Source of the DNA: Pecten maximus
Lineage: Eukaryota
DNA length: 64,000 nt
NCBI RefSeq assembly: GCF_902652985.1
Contig: NC_047017.1
Span: 26,102,001-26,166,000, forward strand
Reading direction: 5' to 3'
The notes under the pieces are model-generated. The model had not been told where the DNA came from and searched no databases. It was given only the letters and a program-made list of their open reading frames with translations. Every line of letters begins with the position of its first letter. Within the stretch, counting starts at the first letter, position 1. The position numbers were made by a program, and so were the translations under genes. Of this stretch, positions 50,825 through 64,000 are shown one piece after another.

Positions 50825-51473
50825 TAAATAACAGTTATTCTACCATGTTTGCTATGCAGCGCCAGTTTTGATTGGTTTAAAACCATGTATTATTTTCCAT
50901 TAACCCACGCTCGTGCCAATAATACACGGTCGGGAGTCACGGCTGTAACAATTTTATATATCTAATATTCACCCTTTTATAAAAGGTTACCATAGCCGAG
51001 TGGACTAATGGGTTAGTCTTTCGATACATTTTTATCACGACGCGAGTTCGAATCCTACGGAGGCCCCCCCCCCCCCCCCCCCCCTTTTTTTTCTTCGTTT
51101 TTCTTTCTTTTTTTATCCTTTTTTATTTTCAAAATCAATGCTATATGATAGATGCTCTTGATCGTAGTACTGTATTGCCTGTATATTTCATCAACAAATA
51201 ATGCAATACTCAAGAAATAAATTACAAGGTTTTCTCGGGGTTTCTTTGCTGTTTTTCTATTAGAAAGAGGTCGATCTCAGAACTAAACAGTACATGGTAG
51301 AATAGAAATAATCAACTTTGAATCGTGTATTGTTGCAGGATATACAACGAGGACGAGGATATTTTGCAATTGAATTAATAACGAAGGCCGCAGGCCTGAG
51401 TTATTAATTAAAATTGCAAAATATCCTAGTCCGAGTCATTGAACACGAATCATCGTTAATTATTTCTTAAATA
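50825..51473. mobile_element. Non-autonomous DNA element with subterminal inverted repeat, internal tRNA-like cassette and terminal palindrome (Crypton- or Helentron-like; class uncertain)
   Basis: Absent from copy A and flanked by TAAATA direct repeats. TATTCTACCATG (~50836) and CATGGTAGAATA (~51293) form an inverted pair. The hairpin at 51304-51467 is homologous to 6955-7130. Confidence 0.7.
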
Positions 51474-54400
51474 AACATTATTTGATAAATCATATTTTAC
51501 GTTATCTTCATTTGACCATCATCCTTATCAGATATTGTTGTTTACATTGTATGTCATCACACATTGCGTTTCCAATATTTATTAAAATGAACGCCATCTT
51601 TAGGTAACAACTACTGACGATGTAGCCATGCAGTGAAAAGCCACAGAGTGAAGTATTTGTGTAACAGTCAGTTATTAGCAATTATTTGTATAACATTGAC
51701 TGTAGGGACAATGACATCGGCGTTTTCAATAAACCAATTAGTGCTACTTTCAGTGAATAGCTTAATCACACAGTGTTCTTTAAGGTGCCCATAATTAGTG
51801 AAATTAACATAACAAATGATTCAGTTACATCTATTTTAAATCCAACAATACTTAACTAGGAACCACTGTAGTTAAGGTAAGTACGGATCTGGCCGAACAC
51901 GTATATAATTGACAGTCAAGACCGTCCTACATGTACAATGTATATATTTTGTATGTAGTTTTGCATTTCTCTCTTACGTTTGTATTTTCCAAATGATGAA
52001 ACCATTAAAGCACATGGTATGATGCGTATGCTACAGTATCCGTGTTGTAAGATTCAAATGACGTTAAATTACGATAAAGAAGCCGTTTTAAAGGATGCCC
52101 AAACCTTAATTCATAACAGCATGAAATCCTTCTTGCGAGACACAAATTTGTGAAGATATTTAAGAATCGTCATTATATTGAAAACTTTATACTATATGGA
52201 TGTAGCTTGCTGCAGATGTAACAACCGTTTTTTTAAATTACTATATGTCATTCGTAGGTACTTGTATGTATAATCAATTATTTATATATTTTTTTAATTT
52301 GGCTTTGTTTGGGAATCAAGTTACTCGCAATTGATAAAATGCGTTCATATTTTTCGAATAAACAACTAAAACATGCCGGTTTTAATAGATATGCCACTTT
52401 CCATGACATTACATGGCTTATATATATCTTCTAATCAGCGATTAAGACATAAAGTAAGAACGCACATGGGTGTGTTATGCTATCGTGGACGTAAAACTAG
52501 TTTAAATTAACTTTATCTTTACTCAGCGTGCCATTCTAATGAAGATAAACACTAGTTTGTGTCTTGTGTTATCTAATCGTAATTATTTCTTTCTCGGCGT
52601 CACGAAGATATACAGTATAGTACATTTGGCCCTCTCTTGCAGAAGTTTAAACAGGAATACTCGCCATTCCAATGTGTTTAAGTATGTCTCTCTTACTGGG
52701 ACACGTCATCATCACTACATCTAGGATTTCACTCCCTTCATAAAGGACCCGACATATATTACTTTAATTATGGAAATCTGAACAGAGAGAAGTATAACTT
52801 ACGTAACGGAAATGAAGTTTATCTTTTATGAAATAATGCCATTCAGCGGGTTTGTGAGTGTTGATGTAATTATTTACATTCACGCGGAGCCTCTATGAAA
52901 CTAGCAAACTCATATCATTTCGTTTCCCGATGAAAATTTGGGTCGGATGCTGTTCTGAAAGGTGAATCATTTTTGCATTGGCGAGTTAGTTGTGTACTGC
53001 TTTAAACTTGAATGCACTTTCATTTTGTGAATAATGTAACATTGTTACACTGTGTATATATATATAAACACCAGCGGAACAGCTGATTTACGTGCTAATA
53101 AAAAATGCCAGTATAATGCAGACATTATAGAAACACATGATGTTACAGAACACTAACACTCTCGATAGAACCGAGCTCATAGTCTGCTATGCAGCACATT
53201 AGCTGTCTCGAATGTGACTCTTGGAACGTATCATTTTAAGGATCAAAGACAATGAAAACTAAATCCTTACATTATTAGACAGCACAAAACAGACGAGTAT
53301 CAGTATATATATGCTTTCTCCTGGGGCAAATTCCTAAAGAATAGAAACGAGCTTATATATAAGGATTGATTGTCAGTTTTGTTGTATCTGCAAAAAGTAC
53401 ATGAAATGCTTCGCAGCTCTCCTCATTTGCACAAATGTTATTTCCTTCATTAGTCAATGTAAGCAACAAAATTGACAACCCACCTAAAGGAAGCGTTTAA
53501 CAGCACAAATCAATAAATAAAAGTGATAAAGCAATTAATGATAAGAATTGATGACACAGGGGACAAAGTGTGAACACACTATATTGTGACAAAGGGGCAC
53601 TTCAAACCGCATAAGGAAAAGAGGACCACGCGTTTCAGAAGGATAATCCTAAGCGTATATATGGTGTTTTACGTTAAATCTAGATATTTTCAGTCACGTT
53701 TCCAACATGTTTTCCCCCAGTACTCCGGTTCTTCCCTACGACGCTTCCATCCGGGCCAACGAGAATGAATGATGCATGTATAAGAAGATATAACATGGGT
53801 TGTGAAATAATAAAAAAAAAAAGATACAATTTAACGTTTGATATTCTTCGATAATGAAATTGAAATGAAAAGGAATTTGAAACTTCCTTCCATTACGTTG
53901 TTTCACTTATACATGTATATCTTAGATTTTCTTCCAAAGATATTGAGTTTAAACAACCAAAGAGCCATTCGATAACTGTATCCATGTTTATGAAACTACA
54001 AATTGATAGAAATCCCTAAATGCACATTCCATTGTATTAATTCCGTGTTCGATGGCAGAATATTTAGCCCGTAAGTTGGTTAGATAACGTGGAAAGGGAG
54101 GCAATTCGTATAAATAACTCTCTATTGTGTAAGGAATACTTTGACATTCGACTTCGAGGGAAATCTTTCCTGGTGCATTACGGTGCCCTATAGGACCATT
54201 ACCGACTCTCTATACCTGAATAATTTCCATTGAACGCACACTATTGCAATTAACATGGATTTGTTTTGCTTTCCTCGATGTAGAAATGTAGAATCTGCCT
54301 GAACTATTAAAAAAAAAAGTTTTATCGCAGAAGTCTCAATTGACCTTCAAGGTCATGAGAAATAGATAATAGTGATATTATACATTTGCACGTCAGTTGG

Positions 54401-55141
54401 GATTGGCATATACTTTGTTTACTTACTGTCTATACACGCTAATCATATAAATGGCAATAATTAGAAGAATTGAATAAATATCCATACTATATAATGATCC
54501 TCCACATTAAAAAACAAACAAACAAAACCAAACAGTTAAAAAAAAAAAATCCGTAAAGATACGCTGTATCATTTATCTTTTCAATTATAGAGTTGAGAAG
54601 AAATGTTTCCCTGTAATCTCATATCTTTAAATTGAGTTTTTTCTCTCTCATATAATTGTACAAATAAGAAGCTCTAACGGAATTGAAGATATGCTCATTA
54701 AAATTCCTCATTTGCATGCTCTGTTATTGGAGAGAGCGTTCTTGAATGTTGCGTGTTTAAAACGAGGGTTTGATGTTAACATCTATTATAAACCAAATGT
54801 AACCTGAAAGCACTTAGCGATTTTATTATCAACTCTTTATATACAATGCCTGTATTTTTGGCAAACAGCATGCATGGCGATCTTTGTCCGATGTTTAACG
54901 AGCTGACGGCTTGGTCTGTGTAATATTGGCACGTGGTTCCGGATACCGCCAGAGACGGCTGTTACGTCATTGTTACAAGTAACAGTAAACAGTCCTCCAG
55001 AAGCGCGCATCTAGAATCACAATCTCATCAAGCGTCGGCCAGTGGACGCTTCCACTTTCGCCATCATATTGGATATCAATAATGCACACCGGAAGTCTGC
55101 AGAGAGATTTCGAATGATTTCGATTTAAAAACTAGATAACA

Positions 55142-58100
55142 ATGCCTCGTAAGTTTTTGAGAGATGCTGTGGCCGGTACGGACCTGTCTGAGATTTTTAC
55201 GCCGTTTAATATCGGTGTTCTTCTGCTCCTAATAGGTTCCCTTGTGTATTTGATTATATCGAGGCGACATCTGCCGCCAGGCCCTTTCCCAATACCGCTC
55301 CTCGGCAATCTACATATGGTCGGTAATGGCAATTTTCTCTACCGAAAACTGTTCCTACTTCGTAAGAAATACGGGAATGTTTTCCGTATGTCGTTCGGAA
55401 GCTCCAATGTCGTTGTGGTTTTGGGACACGACCTGATCCGAGAGGCCCTGGTACAGAAGGGAGATAAATTCCAAACTCGACCTAACTGGTTACTAGGGAT
55501 ACGGAAATGTTCAAGTCACACAGGTAAGCTTGTTATACTTACATTATAAAACACGGCAAGTCACGCAGGTAAGGATGTTATACTTACATCATAAAACACG
55601 ACAAGTCACACAGGTAAGGATGTTATATTTATATCATAAAACACGACAAGTCACACAGGTAATGATGTTAAACATACATTATAAAACACGTCAAGTCACA
55701 CAGGTAACGATGTTATACTTACATTATAAAACACGGCAAGTCACACATGTACAGGTAAGGTTGTTATACTTACATTATAAAACACGACAAGTCACACAGG
55801 TAATGATGTTAAACATACATTATAAAACACGTCAAGTCACACAGGTAACGATGTTATACTTACATTATAAAACACGGCAAGTCACACATGTACAGGTAAG
55901 GTTGTTATACTTACATTATAAAACACGACAAGTCACACAGGTAAGGTTGTTATACTTACATAATAAAACACGACAAGTCACACGGGTAATGATGTAAAAC
56001 CTACATTATTGAACACGACAAGTCACACAGGTTTTTGTTGAGTACATCAAATAAATGTTATTATTACGGAAGTTTGCTATGGAATACATCAAGTACATGT
56101 TATACTTATATAAGGTTGCTATGGAATACTTAAGTTACATGTGATATTAATGTAAAGTTTCTATTGAGTTCATCAAATACATGTGTTTCTAATGTAAGGT
56201 TGCTATGGAATACATCAGATACACGTGATGCTGATGTAAGGTTGCTATATAATACTTAAGTTACACGTGATACTGATGTAAGGTTGCTATGGAATACATC
56301 AGATACACGTGATACTGATGTAAGGTTGCTATGGAATACATCAGATACACGTGATGCTGATGTAAGGTTGCTATACAATACTTAAATTACATGTAATATT
56401 AATGTAAGGTTTCTATTGAGTATATAAGATACAGGTGATACTGATGTAAGGTTGCTACGGAATACATCAGATACACGGGATACTGATGTAAGGTTGCTAT
56501 ATAATATATCAGACCTGTGAGTTATACTGTTACGATTGCTGTGTTTAGGGTTGCTATGGAGCGATGGTGACCATTGGACACGAGTTCATAACCTTATTGA
56601 CATGTCCGTGAGACACCCATGGCTTGGACGGGGTGGTTTTGAGGACATTCTCCGTGACGAGGCTAAGTACCTTTCTGATGACATATACGCTGAGAAATGC
56701 ATTCCACTCAACCCAAGGACAGTCTTAACCAAGGCCGTCCTCAATATCCTGTGTGGATTTCTACTGGGTCAAAGGTAAGCCACAACTTCACTGTAACATA
56801 CTCATAACATGTCTTGCAAAAAGACAGATTTCATAATAATCTTGTGAGACATCCTTTTATTTTAGAAAGATTTAAATGCAGATTTTATGATTTCTTTCAT
56901 GCAAAAATAAAATGATTTAGAAACAAAAAACATATCCTTAGACTAACGGGGCTCCACAGTGTCCTTTCAAAAGATAACTTTAGATTCTAATTCCGCTCGT
57001 GCGCAACAAAATTCATTACGATGCATTGCAGAAAAATCACGAGCAATATTACGTACACCATTTCAATATGAGTACGCTTCGGTTAAACGGTGGCCTATGA
57101 TGTATAACTAAATTCTATAAATTTTATAAGGTTGAGATCCATCTCCTTCAATAGAATTATAGTAAGAAAGTTTTCCCAATTTCAAGTTTACATTGATACA
57201 GTTCTCGTTCCACATTACCGAGATACAAAGTTTCTGTATTGTTATAGGGTTGTATGGAGAACAAACAGATCCCCGCATTAACCCCAGTACATTGATAAAA
57301 ATGCGTTGTCATGGTAAACAAACGGGCTAACACTAGCCAGGTAACAAACACGTGGTATAAATAGCTCTGACATTTATTATGGAAATACTGTTATCTCGCA
57401 TGCTTCAAACAGTAGATGTTAAATAGACTCGTGTTTACCGTCCTCCGTAAGATATGCCGACAATCACGAGGAGAGTTCTACAGGGTACGCTCTCAGAATA
57501 GCAAGGTAAAAAATACCTTCATTACGAAAGTTATATTCTCTTGAAATGTTATACAATGTTGTCTTTAAAGGCATACGTGTAAATTAAAAGTCGATATAAT
57601 AGCTACAATGCGTCTGGTTTACAAAATTGACAAGGTCCTACTTCGCTATCTTAGTAATTATTTTAATTACTGTTAACGGTGTATTGGTCCAAAACAACAG
57701 GATTCACTGTTAAATTATCAAGACTTGGATAATATTGTCTACAAGATCTGACCATACAATGTCCATAATACCACATTTTAAAAGTATATAGATTTTGTAT
57801 CGTATTTTTCATGTTCATAAATCTGTAGATTGCTCTGTTTTACTTGGAGTCCTTTTGGCGATATCATCACTGCCGTAACATGGCACTGTACTCCTAAAGT
57901 ATCACAAGTGATAACATCTGTAAACAGCTTATGTATCTACTGTACATAGTACCATATCCAAGAAAAATCATCATGGTATTTCAAATTGTGATAAATAGAC
58001 AAAGATACATTTGATTTGCACTGTGAAACATCCAGTGTCCTTTGGAACTGTCAACATGTCGCTTGGTTATATCACAGTAAGATACCGTGGTAGTATAACA

Positions 58101-61100
58101 TCGCATTTCTGCTTTTTTCTTTCTTTCTTTCTTTCTTTCTTTCTTTCCTTTCTGTTTCCGTTAAAAGTTATACGAGATAATGTTTAATGATTTCTGTGCC
58201 GAAAATTGCAAATACTGTCAGAAAATAACACTATATTCCTGTATATAAACATTTTTGTTCCCATTCCCTTTGAATCTTGATAGAGAACAGCCGCTTGTAT
58301 TATACAAAAGCACACTTTTGATTTTTAATCAAGGGTGTTTTGAATTCCTATAGGCTCCTTCAAAATCGTGTTGGATCATAACATCGATATGATTAGACTA
58401 AACCAGAAAACATATCGGAAAATATAGGTATATCGACAGTTTAAGTTGACAATACGAAACCACAACTTCTGTAATCGTCCGTCTGTATATTAACACATCA
58501 CCCAGTACTGCACACTCGCACGGTCGACATTACTTATCTTAAATGTATCTATATATACTATCTGTATTTGCTCATTGTTCGTACAACAATATATATTTTT
58601 TAACTCCGTGAAACAGGGAAATGATAAAGCCCTGCCAGGGACCGTTATCGTACACCTGATACTGGCACAGCTCACACGAAGCAATGTTGTCTTGTGTTGC
58701 GTTAATGCTCGCGCACATTAGGCAAGATGTAGATGAGCCAATAATATTACAAAGCCAAGGACAGTCTGATCAAATGATAGGATAATCATGTTTTGTACAA
58801 AATATAATGACAAAGACAAATACGTTTTTTTTTTTATTTTTTCTTATATAGATATTGTCATTTGAGCCGGTGTATCCTTGTAGTTGTCCTTGTGGCTACC
58901 ACACTGAACAACATACTGGTGTTCGCAAATTATCCAACTGTGAATTGACACAAATAAAATAGCATTGGGCGGTCCGTACTCTGATCTAGGTTGGGACCAT
59001 ACATGCAACGCAGACCTTTATCTGACGGAAATTTAACAATGTTCAATTGACTGAGCCATCGCGTCCCTCACGTGTATGCATATTTTGATATGTTTTAGAT
59101 ATGACACTGACAGAGAGGAAGGGAGAGGACTACTCAATGCTTTGAAGCCTGTATGTAACATTTCTCCATTAAAGATACCTCACAATTACCTACCACTGGC
59201 CACTTTATTTACATCATCCTCAAAGGTACGTATAATAAAATCATTGACATTTGTTTTCGGCACGACGACGTAAAATCATTGAATCGTCTTCAATATCAAA
59301 GCATTACCTAGACTATGTAAAATGTCAATTTGTTCGTAATAAAGCACGGATTAAAGTCATATTATAGTAACACATGCTTATTCTAGTTTCTATTAGTGTA
59401 ACGCACATAAATTAACACATCTCTGTTTAGAAAAAAACGCATACACATATATATGTATTTCTGCTGCAATGTGGTTTTCTGTTTGCTAGTTGCACTCTAT
59501 GACGTCATCCAGTGTCCAGCTAAAGAGTTTTCTAGCAAAGGCTCTGGTCAAGGAGAAAGATACGTTCATGGCTACCGACCTACGTCACTTTGTTGATTTA
59601 TGGCTGAAGTCCAACATTGACCGGAAAGGAGATCCAGTTCTATCTGGTATTTGTTTCATTCATATCAAGAAATTGCGTGTCTTTCAGACTAATAAACGTT
59701 CATACAACTAACGAGGAAAGCTAAATACTGTTACAAAAATATCACCAATACGATATACATACTAAACAGAGGAAGAGTATTATTTGTGCAACAAGGCATC
59801 ACAATATAATATAGAAAATTTTCACGTGATGACAAACACTAATAATTGAAATTAATTAGTTTGAGTTACTGCCTTGCTGCGATTGTCATAGCATTGGTTG
59901 TATGCATTGTATCATGAACATAGTTTTATGAAACATTCTCCAGACGACACCCTGATACAGACACTGGTGGATGTGCTGGTCGGAGGGCTAGAGCCAACGG
60001 TTAACACTCTTCTGTGGTCACTCCTATATATGGTGCGGTTCCCGGAGGTACAGACGATGTGCAGGCATGATATCCACAAGGTATCCTTATAGTGACATGT
60101 GCAGTGTAGATTGTAGATATGCTCTCGACGTTCAAAACTATATTTACACCGACTCTGTAAATCGCGTACAGTAACATGTAGCGGGCGATTCTTAACTCAT
60201 AAAATCCATTTAAGATGATATCAACAAGGTTGTCGTATACATTAACGTGCAGATACACGTATTTAAACACAATCTGAATCTTAAGTTCCTAAATCATATA
60301 CAGATACATGTGTATAAACCGTGTGTTGTAAAATGCAGAGGGTCGCTATTTGCCTTTAAAATACAATGAAGATGAATAGGTAATTGTTAACTGGTTTATA
60401 CAACAAATGTAACAGTACCTGGACAAAGTAGGAGGGCTGATTGATATGTTGTGAGCCTCATATTGAATTTTGACGACATATTACAATACTTTTCAACATA
60501 ATCCCCTTCAGTATCTATACACTTTTTTTTCCAGTGGTGTTTAAGAGCTTCAATGCCACTTTTATAGAACTCCCTTTCTTGGCTATTCAGAAAGTGAATG
60601 TAATAGCTGTTTTCACTTTTGAAATAGATGGAAGTCTTATGGATCGAGATCAGGTGAATAAGGTGGATGCTTAATTTAAAGCCACAATCGTGAATTGCAA
60701 TGACATACTCTTTCCACCTAACCTTAACCCTAATATTTTGTTTTCCATTTTTCAAAAGCCGCTTGTCTTGTGCTACCTCGTCGATATAAACTAAGCAAAT
60801 AAGTCCAGTCCTATGGTACACGGCCCTATATAATCCGAAAATAGTACGACTTAAAATAGATTTCTTCAATATGAGGCTCACAACCTATCGATCAGCCCTC
60901 GTACTTGCAAATTACGCATACATTAATATACTGTGTTGATTCTAACATTTACTTTGAACAGGTTTCAAAAACCCGAGACCTGACGTGGGAAGATCGTGAT
61001 CAGGTTCCTTTCGTCATGGCGACTCTTCGGGAGGTCCAGCGCATCAGCAACGTCTGTATGTTGACAAGCATTAACTAGTACTATTGCTGTTAGGAGGTTT

Positions 61101-62330
61101 TCTATTCTTCAGAAAATTATTAAAGTATAAAGCTCTCATCGATATCAGGTATCGGGGGGATTATCCATTTACAATATTGGTATGACGTTACGGCAGCAAT
61201 GGTATCAGTCACGTACGAATACAATCACATCACGTCATCAACGATGGAATGACAATGTCCAGTTAAGGAAATTACCACCCTAAAGCTTCAGATAGCTGGA
61301 AACGTTCGGCGTGGTTTTTAACTTGTGGATTTTCCAAATCGGGTTGTGAATACTTATATGCACTCTAAGGAGAGTAAAGATTATATTAATCTGAACTCTC
61401 GGGGTAGGTTACACAAGCTGCTAAACCCTCCGCAAAATGCTTCGAGTCCGGCACCTGAAGACATCCCCGTACCTTATTTAAGAGTCCGCTGCCCCTCCCT
61501 AGACGGTGAAAGATTATACGATATATTAGTTTATCATTATTAAAGGTATGGTGTGGACCATTTTGAGGATTGCCATTGTGGTATATTTGTTAATTCTGTC
61601 TTACCTTGTTAGTGGCATACATAGATTTCTGGATTTGGACTGATGAACCTTTCCTAACTATCACCGGATCAATGATATTTTTTTATTTATATTGTCAGTA
61701 CCCCTCAGTGTGCCGCATACTACTAACGATGACGTCGAGTTGGGAGGGTACACGATACCGAGTGGATACATGGTTCTGTTCCATACATACTCCTCACACA
61801 TGGACACATCGTACTGGAAACGTCCGACAGAATTTAGACCGGAACACTTCTTGGATTCTAATAGTCAGCTCACAGACCATGACAACTTCTTTCCTTATGG
61901 CCTCGGTAATACATAATATTGTGACGATAACATTCTCCAGCTACATGTACCTCTATTTTGCACATGCATAACTTGTGCCAGTAATAATGACGACAAGCAG
62001 GTTAATTAATTTTGATCTTATAACTATCTCGCTGTTATGCTATCCTTCTCTCTTTATTTCATTATCATTGTTGTTTTTGTTTGTTTGTGATTTTTCTTGT
62101 GAAACACAACAGCTCTTACGTTATGTAAATCATATTTTTGTTTGTTTTCAGGACCCAGGACCTGCCCTTTTACATCACAGGCTGATAAAACAGTGTACGT
62201 ATTATTTGCAAGCATCCTGAGGAAATTCAAATTGAATCCGGAAGTGAACAGAGTACCATCAACGGAAGCGGAAGACGGGGCATACCGATGTCCACGTCCG
62301 TATACACTGGTCTGTGTACCAGTTGATTGA
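55142..62330 (+). CDS. Cytochrome P450, clan 2-like, 8 exons, 502 aa
   Basis: Exons 55142-55523, 56549-56774, 59099-59225, 59490-59646, 59944-60080, 60962-61055, 61699-61905, 62152-62330. All GT-AG, phases consistent, 1509 nt. N-terminal TM anchor, LPPGPFPIPLLGNL hinge, EVQR (ExxR), FRPEHF (PERF), PYGLGPRTC haem Cys. Confidence 0.93.
55512..56030 (+). repeat. 45-bp (two 51-bp) tandem repeat, 12 units, each reiterating the exon-1 end and 5' splice site
   Basis: Unit CAAGTCACACAG/GTAAGGTTGTTATACTTACATTATAAAACACGA. The first unit is the real exon/intron boundary. Confidence 0.95.
56030..56560 (+). repeat. 42-bp tandem repeat, ~12 units, containing the first 12 nt of exon 2
   Basis: Unit GTAAGGTTGCTATGGAATACATCAGATACACGTGATACTGAT. 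Exon 2 begins GGTTGCTATGGA. Confidence 0.9.
58116..58152. repeat. (CTTT)n microsatellite
   Basis: Direct reading. Confidence 0.85.
60431..60901 (-). mobile_element. Internally deleted mariner element in P450 intron 5
   Basis: ~37-bp TIRs (GAGGGCTGATTGATATGTTGTGAGCCTCATATTGAA), TA on both sides. Minus-strand remnant FLNSQEREFYKSGIEALKHHWKKKCIDTEGDYVEK resembles a mariner transposase C-terminus. Confidence 0.9.
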
Positions 62331-62889
62331 CAAACCTGACTACCCGAAATCACATGATAAACTTCAGATACCAGGTGACATGTATTCACGTGACATGATT
62401 CGTGTTTCCGACAGAAGATACGCGAAGTCTAACAGGAAAGGAATTGTTGTGAAGAAAACCGAAGTTTAAGGAAAGGGGAAGTCTTAAAAAATTAGTTCTA
62501 ACAAACTCGTCGATTAAAGAAATTTGAGTAGATATTTGGTATGTTTTGAGAATATTGAGAGGGGCGGAACTTAATGAGAATTGAACTGAAGTATCAAACA
62601 ATGCGTTAACAAAGTATAGTTACAGTGTGTTTTGATGAAGTGCATGGTTTGGAGATTCGTACAAATTATAAACATGTCATGCTTTCGCACATAAGATTAA
62701 TATCGTTTTAAGTAACAGTTTAACGAATAGTTAAGTTGTAGTCAATTGTTTATGAGACATATATATATGGTATGCTAGACTCATTAGACAACTTAGGAAT
62801 ATTATGCTGTGCTGTTGTGTTTGCAAAATTATTAAATATTGAACCACATAATATATATTTATGCTGACATTGGTTGACTTATTGTATTT

Positions 62890-63110
62890 GGATTTTTTTA
62901 GTCCGCGAACAGCCAGGGCAATTTTGAGTCGGGGTCTCCTTGTAGAAGTTGGAGACTACCTCACTTAACAACATACGGGAGATCCGTCCAATGCCATTCA
63001 GAGCAATAAGAGTTCAGTGTCTTACCGAAAGACACAACCAGAATGGTATTGACCGAAACGTTTCTCAGCTTCGCGAGAAACGCAAACCGAAATGGGTAGG
63101 GAGCGTCGAA
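62890..63110 (-). mobile_element. CORE-type SINE, diverged (related fragment near 58860-58920)
   Basis: AGTGTCTTACCGAAAGACACAAC is the reverse complement of a CORE-domain-like GTTGTGTCYTTGGGCAAGACACT. TCCTTGTAG..CTACC..AACAACATAC is shared with 58860-58920. Confidence 0.55.
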
Positions 63111-64000
63111 TGAGGATCTACTTACATATCATTGAAATAATACACAAGACAATACGTTATATTAAAGGAAGACTGAATAACGGAATACACACGTAGAAAC
63201 ATGTTCTACCGGGTCATCGTTTTAATATTGGATCAAAATGGCACGTTAAAAAGTTTTGAATAAATCGCTAGAGAATCAAAGCATGGCTGTCTTTTTCACT
63301 GATAAATTATACCAGCTTGAGTAAAAAAGAAAGAGCTAAAAATTTGGATGGAAATTAATTTGAATATTCACATTTTATGATATTCTTTATTATTCACAAA
63401 ACTGATGTAAACTGATATTTATTGAAACAAAAGTATACAAACTGATGAATTTAGGAACAAATCTGATCACATGGGAACAAAGGCAGGATTAGAAATAAAA
63501 AAAGGACTTTTCTGAAGTTTGTTTCTGCAGAATCGATAACAGTCGTCGTTCACATATTTTCTCAATTCAGAGTAATCTAAAACCTACAAAGAGAGTGCCA
63601 GTGTAACGGAAATAAAAATATACAGCGATTGCATTGATGTCAGTGAATCACGGGTTGTAACCTATTCGAATACATTTCATGTAGATGCTATATTGCAGTT
63701 TAAATCTTCAAAGACTTATAGTGCTTTCACAAGAACAAACTTACAAGTAGTAACAATGTCTAACTATGGTTGGGCCACTGAAAGGCCAATCATAACTATT
63801 CTTGTTGTTGGTATGCTAATACAATGGGCGGACAACGGATCACTACGCAGAAGTCCCAAATGTTGGGATATCTTTGATTTATTTTGTGTCCGTTGACAAT
63901 AAGACAAAGAAGATACCATCATGTTACAGGGATCATTAGGTGTATGTTATCACCTTTCTGTGCTATAAAGCATAATTGATTTTACACAAAATAGCTAACA

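Larger units (their letters stand above)
38420..54932. other. Segmental duplication, copy B
   Basis: Collinear with 15420-35293. Continues directly into the P450 proximal upstream region. Confidence 0.92.

Noticed and set aside
55530-55997. 155-aa repetitive ORF as a separate gene
   Set aside because: It lies in the 45/51-bp intronic array, starts at TTG, is out of frame with exon 1, and is open only because unit lengths are multiples of 3.
63693-63960. Next gene exon or Penelope-like remnant at the right edge
   Set aside because: Only a vague resemblance on the minus strand (QHLGLLRSDP) amid stops and frameshifts; not supportable without a search.

Overview
AT-rich, intron-containing eukaryotic DNA. 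Repeat content and gene style suggest an invertebrate, probably a mollusc (inference). Layout: (1) a 5.7-kb 35-bp minisatellite with higher-order structure. (2) A direct segmental duplication (A ~15420-35293, B ~38420-54932), each half carrying a minus-strand 5-exon regucalcin/SMP-30 gene plus older decayed exon-4/5 remnants. Copy A is intact (310 aa) but has a young Ty3/Gypsy LTR retrotransposon in intron 3, present as a 1.4-copy tandem sharing an LTR. Copy B is a pseudogene: LINE in exon 2, lost exon-4 donor, 5-kb intronic insertion. (3) A 31-bp minisatellite sits exactly at the right breakpoint of copy A. (4) An 8-exon, 502-aa clan-2-like cytochrome P450 lies head-to-head with copy B. Several small non-autonomous elements are scattered throughout. 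The most unusual observations are: P450 intron 1 is built almost entirely from two abutting tandem arrays that copy its own exon-boundary sequences; the P450 has non-canonical catalytic motifs (GGLEPT I-helix, YGLGPRTCPF haem loop); a palindromic DNA element occurs in two flip/flop core isomers, one carrying a tRNA-like Pol III cassette; a miniature LTR element has tRNA-derived LTRs; and the Gypsy 3' UTR has a run of splice-acceptor-like motifs. All coordinates and comparisons were read by eye; no database searches were run.
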